From a virus, in IMG/VR virus record IMGVR_UViG_3300028666_000023, positions 1-57,103 of that record: a stretch of 57,103 nucleotides of DNA; one strand, 5' to 3'. The notes below the pieces were generated by a model. It ran no database searches, was not told where the DNA came from, and worked only from the letters and a program-made list of their open reading frames with translations. This document shows positions 37,867 to 45,549 of the stretch, piece by piece (position 1 is the stretch's first letter; the number at the start of each line of letters is the position of its first letter). The position numbers and the translations under genes were made by a program.

Positions 37867-38516
37867 CGATGCCTCCGCGCGTACCGCGCACGCCGGTACT
37901 CGGAGGCAGTCTGAAGCTGCCGCCGGCCAAGGCGCTCATGATCGGCGAGACCTCGGTGGTCCAGGCCGCCGAGCGCTGGAACACCCTTCCTCAGGTCGAG
38001 CAGGACCTAAAGAACAAGGGCGTGCCGGGCATCATCGCGCCCGACGTCGAGTACCACCCCGTCACCAAGGAGCAGCTGCTCACCGCGGACATCAACGTCT
38101 ACACGGCGATGTACGTGAACCAGTTGCGCTGGTTCAACTACGCGAACCGTGTCCTCGCCGACTGCAAGGCGGAGCTCCTCCAGGTGACGAATCAGATCAA
38201 CGACCTCGAGTCGGAGGTGAAGAAGAAGCTCCGTGAGTTGAAGGTCGAGGGCAAAAAGCTCGGCGTCGCGGAGATCAAAGAGCAGGCGGAGAACGACGGC
38301 GGTACTCTCGACCTCCGTCAGCGGCAGCAGTACCTCGAGCAGACGAAGCTGAAGCTCGAGGCCTGGGTAGAGGAGTGCGACGAGAGCAAGAAGGTCGTCT
38401 CCCGACAGATCGAGCTCCGACGCGAGGAAGGCGCGGGCGGCAGGCGCGAGGGCAACCTCACCGCCGGCAACCACGGTCCTCCGCAGAACAACTGGCGGCC
38501 GCGGGGGCCGGGTTGA
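37863..38516 (+). CDS. Coiled-coil protein, possible UvsY-like recombination mediator
   Basis: Helical heptad-like sequence ending VSRQIELR, within the recombination cluster. Confidence 0.55.
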   Translation: MTMPPRVPRTPVLGGSLKLPPAKALMIGETSVVQAAERWNTLPQVEQDLKNKGVPGIIAPDVEYHPVTKEQLLTADINVYTAMYVNQLRWFNYANRVLADCKAELLQVTNQINDLESEVKKKLRELKVEGKKLGVAEIKEQAENDGGTLDLRQRQQYLEQTKLKLEAWVEECDESKKVVSRQIELRREEGAGGRREGNLTAGNHGPPQNNWRPRGPG

Positions 38517-38962
38517 TCCGCATCGAGCTGCCCTGGCTGCCGCCATCCTCCAACCACGCGTACATGAACGTGCGCGGGGGAGGCGGACGGACGCTCACCG
38601 AGGCGGGCAGGGAATTCAAGAAGAGGACGACGGTACACATCCAACAGAAGTACCCGACGGCCATGCGCCTGTTCGTCAAGAACAAGCCCTACATGATCGT
38701 CTTCCGCTTCTACTTCGAAGAGGTGGAGAACAAGTCGTTCGGCCAAGGAAAGGCCGAAAACCGGTATAAGACGTTCGATGGCGGAAACAGAACGAAGCTG
38801 TTGGAAGACGCTCTGAAGGACGCTGGAGGCATCGACGACTCCCAGACGATGATCTCCATCTGGCAAAAAGAACAAGGCACCCCCGAGCGCACCATCATCT
38901 GGGCCTGGTCGCTCGAGGACGAGAAGCCTCTCCCCTATGAACTTCTACGAAGCCTTCAGTAA
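38513..38962 (+). CDS. rusA: RusA-family Holliday junction resolvase
   Basis: LPPSSNHAY...DGGNRTKLLEDAL...IDDSQ. Confidence 0.85.
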   Translation: MIRIELPWLPPSSNHAYMNVRGGGGRTLTEAGREFKKRTTVHIQQKYPTAMRLFVKNKPYMIVFRFYFEEVENKSFGQGKAENRYKTFDGGNRTKLLEDALKDAGGIDDSQTMISIWQKEQGTPERTIIWAWSLEDEKPLPYELLRSLQ

Positions 38963-39287
38963 CTGCAACCACACGGAGTTGTGCCAGGTCGCCCGGAGAG
39001 CCGGGCACAACATCCGTCCTACTATGACGCGCGATGAGCTGATCAAGATCATCGTGCTGGACGCGCCGCCCAGCGCTGAAGTAAACGACTTCGACGAGAC
39101 GCGGCGAGCCATCATGCGGTTCCTCATCGAACACCGCAAGAAGCTCGAGACGCAGATCACGTGTCCCGCGAAGTCGTTCGAACCCGATGCCTGTTTTGGG
39201 TGCGTGGACGCTCAAGTCATCTGTTGCCTCGTGAGCAACGGACCTGAAACACAACAACTCATCACCCTGCACAAGAAGAACACATAG
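38937..39287 (+). CDS. Hypothetical Cys-containing protein
   Basis: 116-aa ORF; CPA...CFGC...C. Confidence 0.7.
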   Translation: MNFYEAFSNCNHTELCQVARRAGHNIRPTMTRDELIKIIVLDAPPSAEVNDFDETRRAIMRFLIEHRKKLETQITCPAKSFEPDACFGCVDAQVICCLVSNGPETQQLITLHKKNT

Positions 39288-39296
39288 GAGAATCTC

Positions 39297-40028
39297 ATGG
39301 CTGCTAACCAACCCGCCCTCGAAATCCCCACGGCTCCCCGCGACATCGAAGGGCTCAAGGCTATCGCCCCGTTTCAACTGCGACTACTCGCGACCAAGCT
39401 CGGCGCGTTCGCGACTCCGGAGAAGCAGCAGGCGTGGCATCAGCTCGGGAACAAGGAGGCGCAGGCCGACTACGTCCTGAAGCTCCTCAAGGACCACGAT
39501 GCGGCGAACGGAGCGAACGGCGTCGGCACCAACGGCGCGGCTCACATGCCGCAGCTCGCAGCTCCGTCCGCCGTACCGGCCGTCAACCCGGTTGCTACCG
39601 CGCTCGCAACGGCGGCCGCTGCACCGGACAAGAAGGCCGCTCCGAAACGCACTCCCGTCGCTCCGGGCGCGCAAGCCATGGCGTCACCAGGCCCGGCAAC
39701 CGGTCCGAGCATCGACCTCGGAGCCGCCGTGCTGGAGAAGCTCGAGGAGCTCGCGAAGGCGATCGCGGCGAACACTGCTGCCATCCACGGTCTCGCGCAG
39801 CACGTGGGCGCGCGCGACCAGAAGACGAGCGAGGCGTTCGCAGCGATCGCGTCTGAACAGGCGAAGCAGACCGCCCTGTCGACGTGGACGCTCACCACCC
39901 TCCTCACGATGGGCGAAGGGCAGCTCGGCGCGACGCCGCTCGACCTCCTTCGCTCGGCCGTCTCCGACGCCAGCATCCTCGAGAGCCTCGTCGCTCAGGT
40001 GCAGCAGGAGCTCGGCGGGGGAAAATAG
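39297..40028 (+). CDS. Hypothetical Ala-rich protein ending at a slippery site
   Basis: 243 aa; AGGAG RBS; ends GGG GGA AAA TAG. Confidence 0.8.
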   Translation: MAANQPALEIPTAPRDIEGLKAIAPFQLRLLATKLGAFATPEKQQAWHQLGNKEAQADYVLKLLKDHDAANGANGVGTNGAAHMPQLAAPSAVPAVNPVATALATAAAAPDKKAAPKRTPVAPGAQAMASPGPATGPSIDLGAAVLEKLEELAKAIAANTAAIHGLAQHVGARDQKTSEAFAAIASEQAKQTALSTWTLTTLLTMGEGQLGATPLDLLRSAVSDASILESLVAQVQQELGGGK

Positions 40029-40231
40029 AGACCTCCGTCCCCGACCCGCCATGGCCAGGGTGCGTGTGGCCGGCGCAGGACACGGAGAAGATCGAGCTCA
40101 CCGAGAGCCAACTCGACAACATGGCGGACTTCGCCGTGCTCGAGTTGGCCGCTCGGGTGGGCCTCTTGGTCGAGGACGAGAAGGGATTCCCGAATCTGAT
40201 TCGGGCACGCATGAAGAGGGCGCTGCGTTGA
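40019..40231 (+). other. Probable -1 programmed frameshift site and C-terminal extension
   Basis: Heptamer G GGA AAA at 40019-40025; the -1 frame is open to 40231 with coding-like codons. Confidence 0.6.
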
Positions 40232-40286
40232 GCGGCGCCTTTCTTTTTTCTAGTAGCTAAGAAAAGGGACTACGGCGTCCCTTCTC
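40217..40286. terminator. Back-to-back terminators at a convergent junction
   Basis: Plus strand: AGGGCGCTGC/GCGGCGCCTT then TCTTTTTTCTAG. Minus strand: GAGAAGGGAC/GTCCCTTTTC then TTAGCTACT. Confidence 0.65.
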
Positions 40287-40515
40287 CCACGCGCTTCTCG
40301 GCAGCGCGCACCTTGTCGAAGAGCTCCTTGAGTTTGTCGGTGAACTCGGAGCGGCGCTCCATGGGCAGAAGACTGACGGCAGTCTCGAGAGTGCCGAAGC
40401 ACTCGCGGATGCCCTCGAGGTAAGCGCGATCGCGTTCCAGCGCTGCGCTCTTCGAGTGAACCCCCGACACTTCTTGCTCGGGGAACTTGCTCGCCGACTG
40501 CCCACGGTTCTTCAT
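40270..40515 (-). CDS. Hypothetical protein (81 aa)
   Basis: MKNRGQSASKF...; GGAGG RBS; ATGA overlap with the thyX stop. Confidence 0.65.
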   Translation of the reverse strand: MKNRGQSASKFPEQEVSGVHSKSAALERDRAYLEGIRECFGTLETAVSLLPMERRSEFTDKLKELFDKVRAAEKRVGEGTP

Positions 40516-41411
40516 GTGCCTGCTGCCTCCTTCATCCACGGTTGCGGAAAGAGATTCGGAGCGAAGTCCATCGCGACCTTCGCCCACGTGCGTGCAAGAC
40601 GCTGGATCTCGAGGTCGGCAGATCCATCCGCGCGCTCGCGCACGAACTTGGCGATCGCCATAGGATTCGTCGACCAGATGAAGCTCGTCTCCGCCTGATG
40701 CGGTAGGAAGCTCGAGGCCGCCTCGTAGATGCGCTTCTTCTCGATGCCCGTCGGCTCGCGGCCGTTGTGCACCTTGTAGTTCTCGACCTCGCTCGCGATT
40801 GCCTCGCGGTACGCCCCATAGGCCAGCTCCATCGACGTCTTGAACTGGTGGCGCATGTACTCTGCGTTGGGCGTGTCGGTGAGCTGGTACCGCGGCGGTT
40901 CGATGAAGAAGCCGTAGTGGTGCGTGAAGCGCGTCGACTCCTGCGAGGGGCTGCCCTCCTCGTCGCGGTCGGCGCCCACGTAGTTCCGAATGAGCTCGTG
41001 GCTCACGCGGCGCGAGACGCCGGCGATGAAGAAGCTCATCTTCGCATGGTACAGGATGCTCGCATGCGGAACCGCGCCGGCCTGCGTGTTCTTGATGTAC
41101 TCGCTGTTGGTCTTCTTCCCCGCCTTGAGGCCGAAGCTGTCGTAGCACTTGCGGCCCGCGAGCTCGACGAGGAGCTCGTTGTCTGTGAGAGCACGCGCTT
41201 GAAGGACCCGCGAGTCGTTGTCGTTCAACGTCGGCTCGGTGAGGTCGTGCGGAAAGAGCGACTGCCAGTTGTCCGCGTTTTCGGGGAGGCACTCGGGTCG
41301 GTGAGAGCCGACCCACTCCATCATGGCTTCGATGCCGATGGGCAGAAGCTTCATCGTTGCGATCGGAACCACCGTAGGCGGACCCGTGAGAATGGTGACT
41401 TGTTTTGCCAT
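40512..41411 (-). CDS. thyX: Flavin-dependent thymidylate synthase (ThyX-like, non-canonical motif)
   Basis: ELAGRKCY.S, HASILYH...F.I.GVSR..SHELIR, SQESTR, EAASSFLP, ADLEI. Confidence 0.8.
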   Translation of the reverse strand: MAKQVTILTGPPTVVPIATMKLLPIGIEAMMEWVGSHRPECLPENADNWQSLFPHDLTEPTLNDNDSRVLQARALTDNELLVELAGRKCYDSFGLKAGKKTNSEYIKNTQAGAVPHASILYHAKMSFFIAGVSRRVSHELIRNYVGADRDEEGSPSQESTRFTHHYGFFIEPPRYQLTDTPNAEYMRHQFKTSMELAYGAYREAIASEVENYKVHNGREPTGIEKKRIYEAASSFLPHQAETSFIWSTNPMAIAKFVRERADGSADLEIQRLARTWAKVAMDFAPNLFPQPWMKEAAGT

Positions 41412-41423
41412 CGCAGCCCTTAT
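41409..41423 (-). promoter_or_regulatory. ATAAG-type phage promoter candidate (near-leaderless)
   Basis: Minus strand reads ATAAGGGCTGCGATG, ending at the thyX start codon. Confidence 0.55.
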
Positions 41424-41442
41424 CCCCACAGGGACATCGAAC

Positions 41443-42186
41443 TTACGAGGTCGCGTACTTCTGGAAGCTCAGCGGACCTTCGGGGTTGACCAAAGGGTAC
41501 AGCGTACTCGATCCCGCGACTTCGAAAAAGTCCGACTCGGCATCGTCGAGAAGAACGTCGCGATCGACGAGCCGGATGCCGTGCGAGTAATCGCAGTACT
41601 CGATGTCATGTGAGCTCGCATTGAGCGACTGAATGGGGCGGCCGTTGGTCTGGTGCCAGCCGTAGATCGCCACCTTCCGCGGCGCGGCCGCGAGGGCGTT
41701 CGTCAGCACGACGTCCTTCTTGTGCCCGGCGACGAGCCCGAGGCGACCGGCTCGCGCGAGCTCCACCTTCTGGTTGTGGTCGACGAACCACTTCGTGGAA
41801 CACATCTCCGATGTGGGAGCCATCGGGAAGGGCGAGAGCATGACGTCGGAGAGCTTCCAGATCGTGTCGGAGAGGAAGCGCGTGATGAGCGTCGCGTTGA
41901 AGAGCGTGGCGACGCGCTGCGCGACCGGCGCGCCCATCGGCACGCGTACGAAGTCGTCATCGGTCCCGATGCACAACACGTCGGGGAGCACGCTGAAGGT
42001 CACGTGGTGCTCGCCCGACGTTGTAGTGATGGACTTCGGCGTCCGCATGAAGCTCGGCACGTTCCCGAGCTGGAACTGCCCGAGGACCGCGTTGTCCCGC
42101 ACCGGGCCCATCGGCACGTTGAGGATGGACGCGGCGAACTGCGAGCCCGTCATGTCTCCGACGCGATCCGGGATGGTGAAGCACAT
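41443..42186 (-). CDS. Hypothetical enzyme-like protein; endolysin candidate
   Basis: AGHKKDVV, IYGWH, H..EYCDYSHGIRLV; directly downstream of the holin-like gene. Confidence 0.55.
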   Translation of the reverse strand: MCFTIPDRVGDMTGSQFAASILNVPMGPVRDNAVLGQFQLGNVPSFMRTPKSITTTSGEHHVTFSVLPDVLCIGTDDDFVRVPMGAPVAQRVATLFNATLITRFLSDTIWKLSDVMLSPFPMAPTSEMCSTKWFVDHNQKVELARAGRLGLVAGHKKDVVLTNALAAAPRKVAIYGWHQTNGRPIQSLNASSHDIEYCDYSHGIRLVDRDVLLDDAESDFFEVAGSSTLYPLVNPEGPLSFQKYATS

Positions 42187-42201
42187 GTCGGCCTCAGCGC
42201 G

Positions 42202-42534
42202 TCAGGTGTCCGGCTTCTTCTCTTCGGGCTTCGCGTCGAGCGCGGGCGGAGGAACGCTGGCGGCCTTCACGGCCTTGGACGCGAGAACCGGCTTGCCCGT
42301 CGAGTTCGCCGTCGAGCCCGTGATGAGCTGGCGCGCGCCTTCGAGGAGCTTCGGGATGTCGAGGCCGAGCGAGCCGACGAGCTTCAAGAGCGCGGCGATG
42401 CGCGGATTCATCGCAGCGTATTGCTCGGGGGTGCGCGGCTTGAAGAGCCACGTGATCAAGCCGGTGATGGCCGGCCAGATGACGAGCTGGAAGAGGACGG
42501 GGTGCAGCGAGATCCAGGTGGACACGAACGACAT
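42202..42534 (-). CDS. Holin-like membrane protein
   Basis: 110 aa; hydrophobic PVLFQLVIWPAITGLITWLF, a second amphipathic helix, and a charged C-terminus. Confidence 0.55.
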   Translation of the reverse strand: MSFVSTWISLHPVLFQLVIWPAITGLITWLFKPRTPEQYAAMNPRIAALLKLVGSLGLDIPKLLEGARQLITGSTANSTGKPVLASKAVKAASVPPPALDAKPEEKKPDT

Positions 42535-42540
42535 GCCACA

Positions 42541-42546
42541 ATGATA
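42541..42546 (-). promoter_or_regulatory. -10-like box TATCAT 6 nt before ATG
   Basis: No RBS between the box and the start codon. Confidence 0.45.
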
Positions 42547-42570
42547 CCGCCGCGATCGCCGGAACTACAA

Positions 42571-44406
42571 CTAGTTGAGGGCGAAGAACGTCAGGTAGCC
42601 CGCAGCGCCTTTGCTGCCCGCGCCGCCGGTGCCTTGGCCCGTGGCCCCAGAGCCGCCGCCGCCGCCGCCCGCACCACCCGCGCCGGAGTTCGCGACGGGG
42701 ACGGTGACACCAGGGCTGCCGTTGCTGCCGACGCCACCGCTGGAGCCGTTGCCGCCCGCGCCTCCGGTCGCGCCGAAGGCGCTGTCGAAGTAGCCACCGC
42801 CACCACCGCCACCACCGCCGCCGCCTTCGTGCGCGCCACCGAGCGAACCGGACGCGCCGCCGACACCGCCGGCCCAGGACGTCGGACCACCCTTGCCCTC
42901 GTTCGGCCACGTGTTCGCGAAGACCTTGTTCATGCCGACGCCGCCGTCTCCCGACTTCACGAGCCAGGGGACGCCGACCCACGCGCCGCCGCCGTTGACG
43001 AGCGCGGCCGGGATGCCCGGAACGCGGCCCTCGCCTGCGTAGGTGCCGCCCGGCGCGGTCGCAGCAGCGACGCTCGTCACGTCGACTCCGGCGCTGCCCG
43101 GGCCGCCTCCGTTAGCGTTGTATGGCGTCGCCGCGGTGCCGTTGTCGAAGAAGCTGGAGGGGTTGCCGGGGTTGCCGTTGCTGTTCGCGCCGCCGCCGGT
43201 GCCGCCGTCGCCAGCGGTGAGGGTGTACGTGTGCCCCGGGGTGACCGGGACGATCTGGCAGAGGAACTGCCCCGAGCCGCCACCGCCACCGCCGCACGTC
43301 TCGGAGGAGCCCGTCGTCGCTGTGCCACCGCCGCCTCCACCGCCTCCACCGCCCCAACCCGTGACGAGGACCGTGTGTACGTTGGCGGGGCAGACCCACG
43401 TGGTGCCCGCGGTCGACGTAATCGTCTTTCCGTATGTCGTGACGTCGTCGGCGTACCAGCGTCCGGAACCAGTCGTCGGCGTCACGATCGCCGGCTGGTC
43501 CTCGGTGTCCGTCGCGGCCGCGTGGAAGACGTAGCGACCGTAGTACTTCACGATCTGCGAGGTGCCATCCGCGAAGCCCGTCGTGTTGATCGCCTTCAGC
43601 GCGGCGAGGGTCGCGAGCGGGAACGTGAGCCCGTAGATCGTGTTGTCCCACGTCGCGTTGTACGCCTCGCTGTTGCCGTGGAGGTTGGCGAGGAGCGTAC
43701 GGAGCTCGAGGATGCCTTGGTTCAACGTGTAGATGTCGCTGTCCCAGGCCGCGTTCCACGCCTCGCCGTTGCCGTGCAGCAGGCGGAACAACTCCTCGGT
43801 GACCGCATCGACCTGCACCGCCGAGCGCACGCGCATGGAGACGAACGCGTCCGACGGGAGGTTCGCGAGATTGCTCCGCGTGCCGTACCAGACGCGGTAC
43901 GTCTGGCTCGAGGGAATCGCGACGGTGAGCGCGATCGTGACGTTGCCGGCGGAGAAGCCGCTGCCGAGTGAGCCGCCTGAGGAGATGCTTGCAGCAGCGA
44001 CTTTCGTCCCGGTGACCTCGATGTCGTTGTCGTTTCCGTCGGTGATGTGGAAGAGGTCTTGGAGCTCGTCGGAGATGTTGCCGAGGAAGATGCCGGGGCC
44101 GATGATCGTGATGGACGCGACAGGGCCGCCCGGCGTCACGTTGTTCGTGCGTGTCGGGACCGCGAGATCTTGGTGCAGCAGATCGTCGATGAAGTCCGTG
44201 TTCTGCGAGAGCGCCTTGTTCGCGCGGTTGAAATCCGAGCTCGTCGCGTCCTCGCCGAAGGCGACGAAGTACGTCCCTGCGTTGGGGCCGCCCGACTTGG
44301 CGCCGTCGGCGTTTGCAGGCGTGCCGCTGATGGCGTTGTTGATGTAGTCGTAGCCGCCGGGGAGGCCGCCGAAGTAGCTGGGAACGCCGAGACGATGGAA
44401 GGGCAT
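42571..44406 (-). CDS. Tail fibre protein with glycine-rich C-terminal domain
   Basis: NRANKALSQNTDF head, TWVCPANV...GWGGGGGGGGG and poly-Gly tracts; internal repeat LHGNxEAxNAxWD. Confidence 0.8.
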   Translation of the reverse strand: MPFHRLGVPSYFGGLPGGYDYINNAISGTPANADGAKSGGPNAGTYFVAFGEDATSSDFNRANKALSQNTDFIDDLLHQDLAVPTRTNNVTPGGPVASITIIGPGIFLGNISDELQDLFHITDGNDNDIEVTGTKVAAASISSGGSLGSGFSAGNVTIALTVAIPSSQTYRVWYGTRSNLANLPSDAFVSMRVRSAVQVDAVTEELFRLLHGNGEAWNAAWDSDIYTLNQGILELRTLLANLHGNSEAYNATWDNTIYGLTFPLATLAALKAINTTGFADGTSQIVKYYGRYVFHAAATDTEDQPAIVTPTTGSGRWYADDVTTYGKTITSTAGTTWVCPANVHTVLVTGWGGGGGGGGGGTATTGSSETCGGGGGGSGQFLCQIVPVTPGHTYTLTAGDGGTGGGANSNGNPGNPSSFFDNGTAATPYNANGGGPGSAGVDVTSVAAATAPGGTYAGEGRVPGIPAALVNGGGAWVGVPWLVKSGDGGVGMNKVFANTWPNEGKGGPTSWAGGVGGASGSLGGAHEGGGGGGGGGGGYFDSAFGATGGAGGNGSSGGVGSNGSPGVTVPVANSGAGGAGGGGGGSGATGQGTGGAGSKGAAGYLTFFALN

Positions 44407-44413
44407 GTTGTCC

Positions 44414-45067
44414 TCAGAACTGAACCGTCCAGTCCACCTGGAGCTGGAAGGCGTTGGTCTTGGAGATCGTGTCGAACGTGTCGTACGCGACGCCGGTGTT
44501 GTTGTACGTCCCGGGCGCGGCCGCTGCGGTGAAGAGCATGATCTCGCTCATCGGCACCGTGAGGAACGGGCTGTAGCTGATGTCCGTCGTCGAGAAGAGA
44601 CGGCTGAAGGTGACGCTAGTCGCGACGGGGTGCGTCGCCGGCGCCACAATCTGTCCGATCCAAACGTCGCCGCCGGAGCCCGGATACGCCGTCGAACCAC
44701 CGGAGATGCGCACAGGGCGTTCGAGGGCCGTGACCGTCGGGTCGGTGTCGGTCTGCGCGTTCGAGCCCGGATATGCCGTGACGAGGGGGGCGCTGTTCGC
44801 CGTCGAGAGCGCGAGCTGGCGCGTGCCACCGATGCCGACGCCCATGTACTTGATACGATCGTTGCGCTCGGGGGTGTCCGGACCAAACGACGTGTACGCG
44901 AGAAGGCTCGCGAGGTACTCGCGGCCGAGGTTCAACCAGATGTTGTGCCCCTCGACGTGCCTCTTCAACTTGCCGCGCTCGTACACGCGGAGGTGAAGGT
45001 TGTTCTTGACCTCGATGAGCTCGTTCCTCCGCACTCCGGAGAAGATGTTCGAACGACCCTTCATCAT
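44414..45067 (-). CDS. Tail collar / fibre-attachment baseplate protein
   Basis: HNIWLNLGREYLA...YMGVGIGG...SEIMLF...ISKT...VDWTVQF pattern typical of this module. Confidence 0.65.
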   Translation of the reverse strand: MMKGRSNIFSGVRRNELIEVKNNLHLRVYERGKLKRHVEGHNIWLNLGREYLASLLAYTSFGPDTPERNDRIKYMGVGIGGTRQLALSTANSAPLVTAYPGSNAQTDTDPTVTALERPVRISGGSTAYPGSGGDVWIGQIVAPATHPVATSVTFSRLFSTTDISYSPFLTVPMSEIMLFTAAAAPGTYNNTGVAYDTFDTISKTNAFQLQVDWTVQF

Positions 45068-45549
45068 GCGCTCCAGTCCGAGGCTATATTACTCAGCTCC
45101 TCCGAGAAAGACAGCCAAGTAATGTGGGAGATCTTGTGCAGCTGCTTCCCGCTGTCGGCGAGCGCTTTGAGCCGCTCGATGGGGACTTTCGAGATGGGGC
45201 CGAGGAACTTCGGGTCGTCGTAGTGCTTCAAGTACGCCTTGCGCGCGAGGTCCTCGGACTTGAAGCCGACCATGACCTTGTCCTCGTCGTACGTCTTGCC
45301 GTCTTCCTTGTTCTGGTGGACGACGAACGCGTGCGGCGCGTCTTTGGACGGACCGACGTACACATCAACTTCTTCTCCGTCGTGGCCCTTCGTCCCCTTC
45401 AAATAGCCGTACGGGTGCTTCATCACCGTGCGCCACGGCTTGCCGTCTTTGCCGACGCCCGAACGCACCGAGCCCTTGCGGTTCTCGATGGCGATCTCGA
45501 GACCCTGGTGGGTCGTCTCACCTTGAAGTTTGTGTTCGGGGTCCGGCAT
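45064..45549 (-). CDS. Inorganic pyrophosphatase-like (InPase) domain protein
   Basis: GLEIAIENRKGSVRSG...W...M..PYGYLKGT.GHDGEEVDVYVGP...FVVHQ...YDEDKVMVGF. Confidence 0.8.
   Translation of the reverse strand: MPDPEHKLQGETTHQGLEIAIENRKGSVRSGVGKDGKPWRTVMKHPYGYLKGTKGHDGEEVDVYVGPSKDAPHAFVVHQNKEDGKTYDEDKVMVGFKSEDLARKAYLKHYDDPKFLGPISKVPIERLKALADSGKQLHKISHITWLSFSEELSNIASDWSA

Noticed and set aside
42600-43360. CCG/CCA triplet runs as a DNA repeat element
   Set aside because: Explained by poly-glycine coding in the tail fibre.
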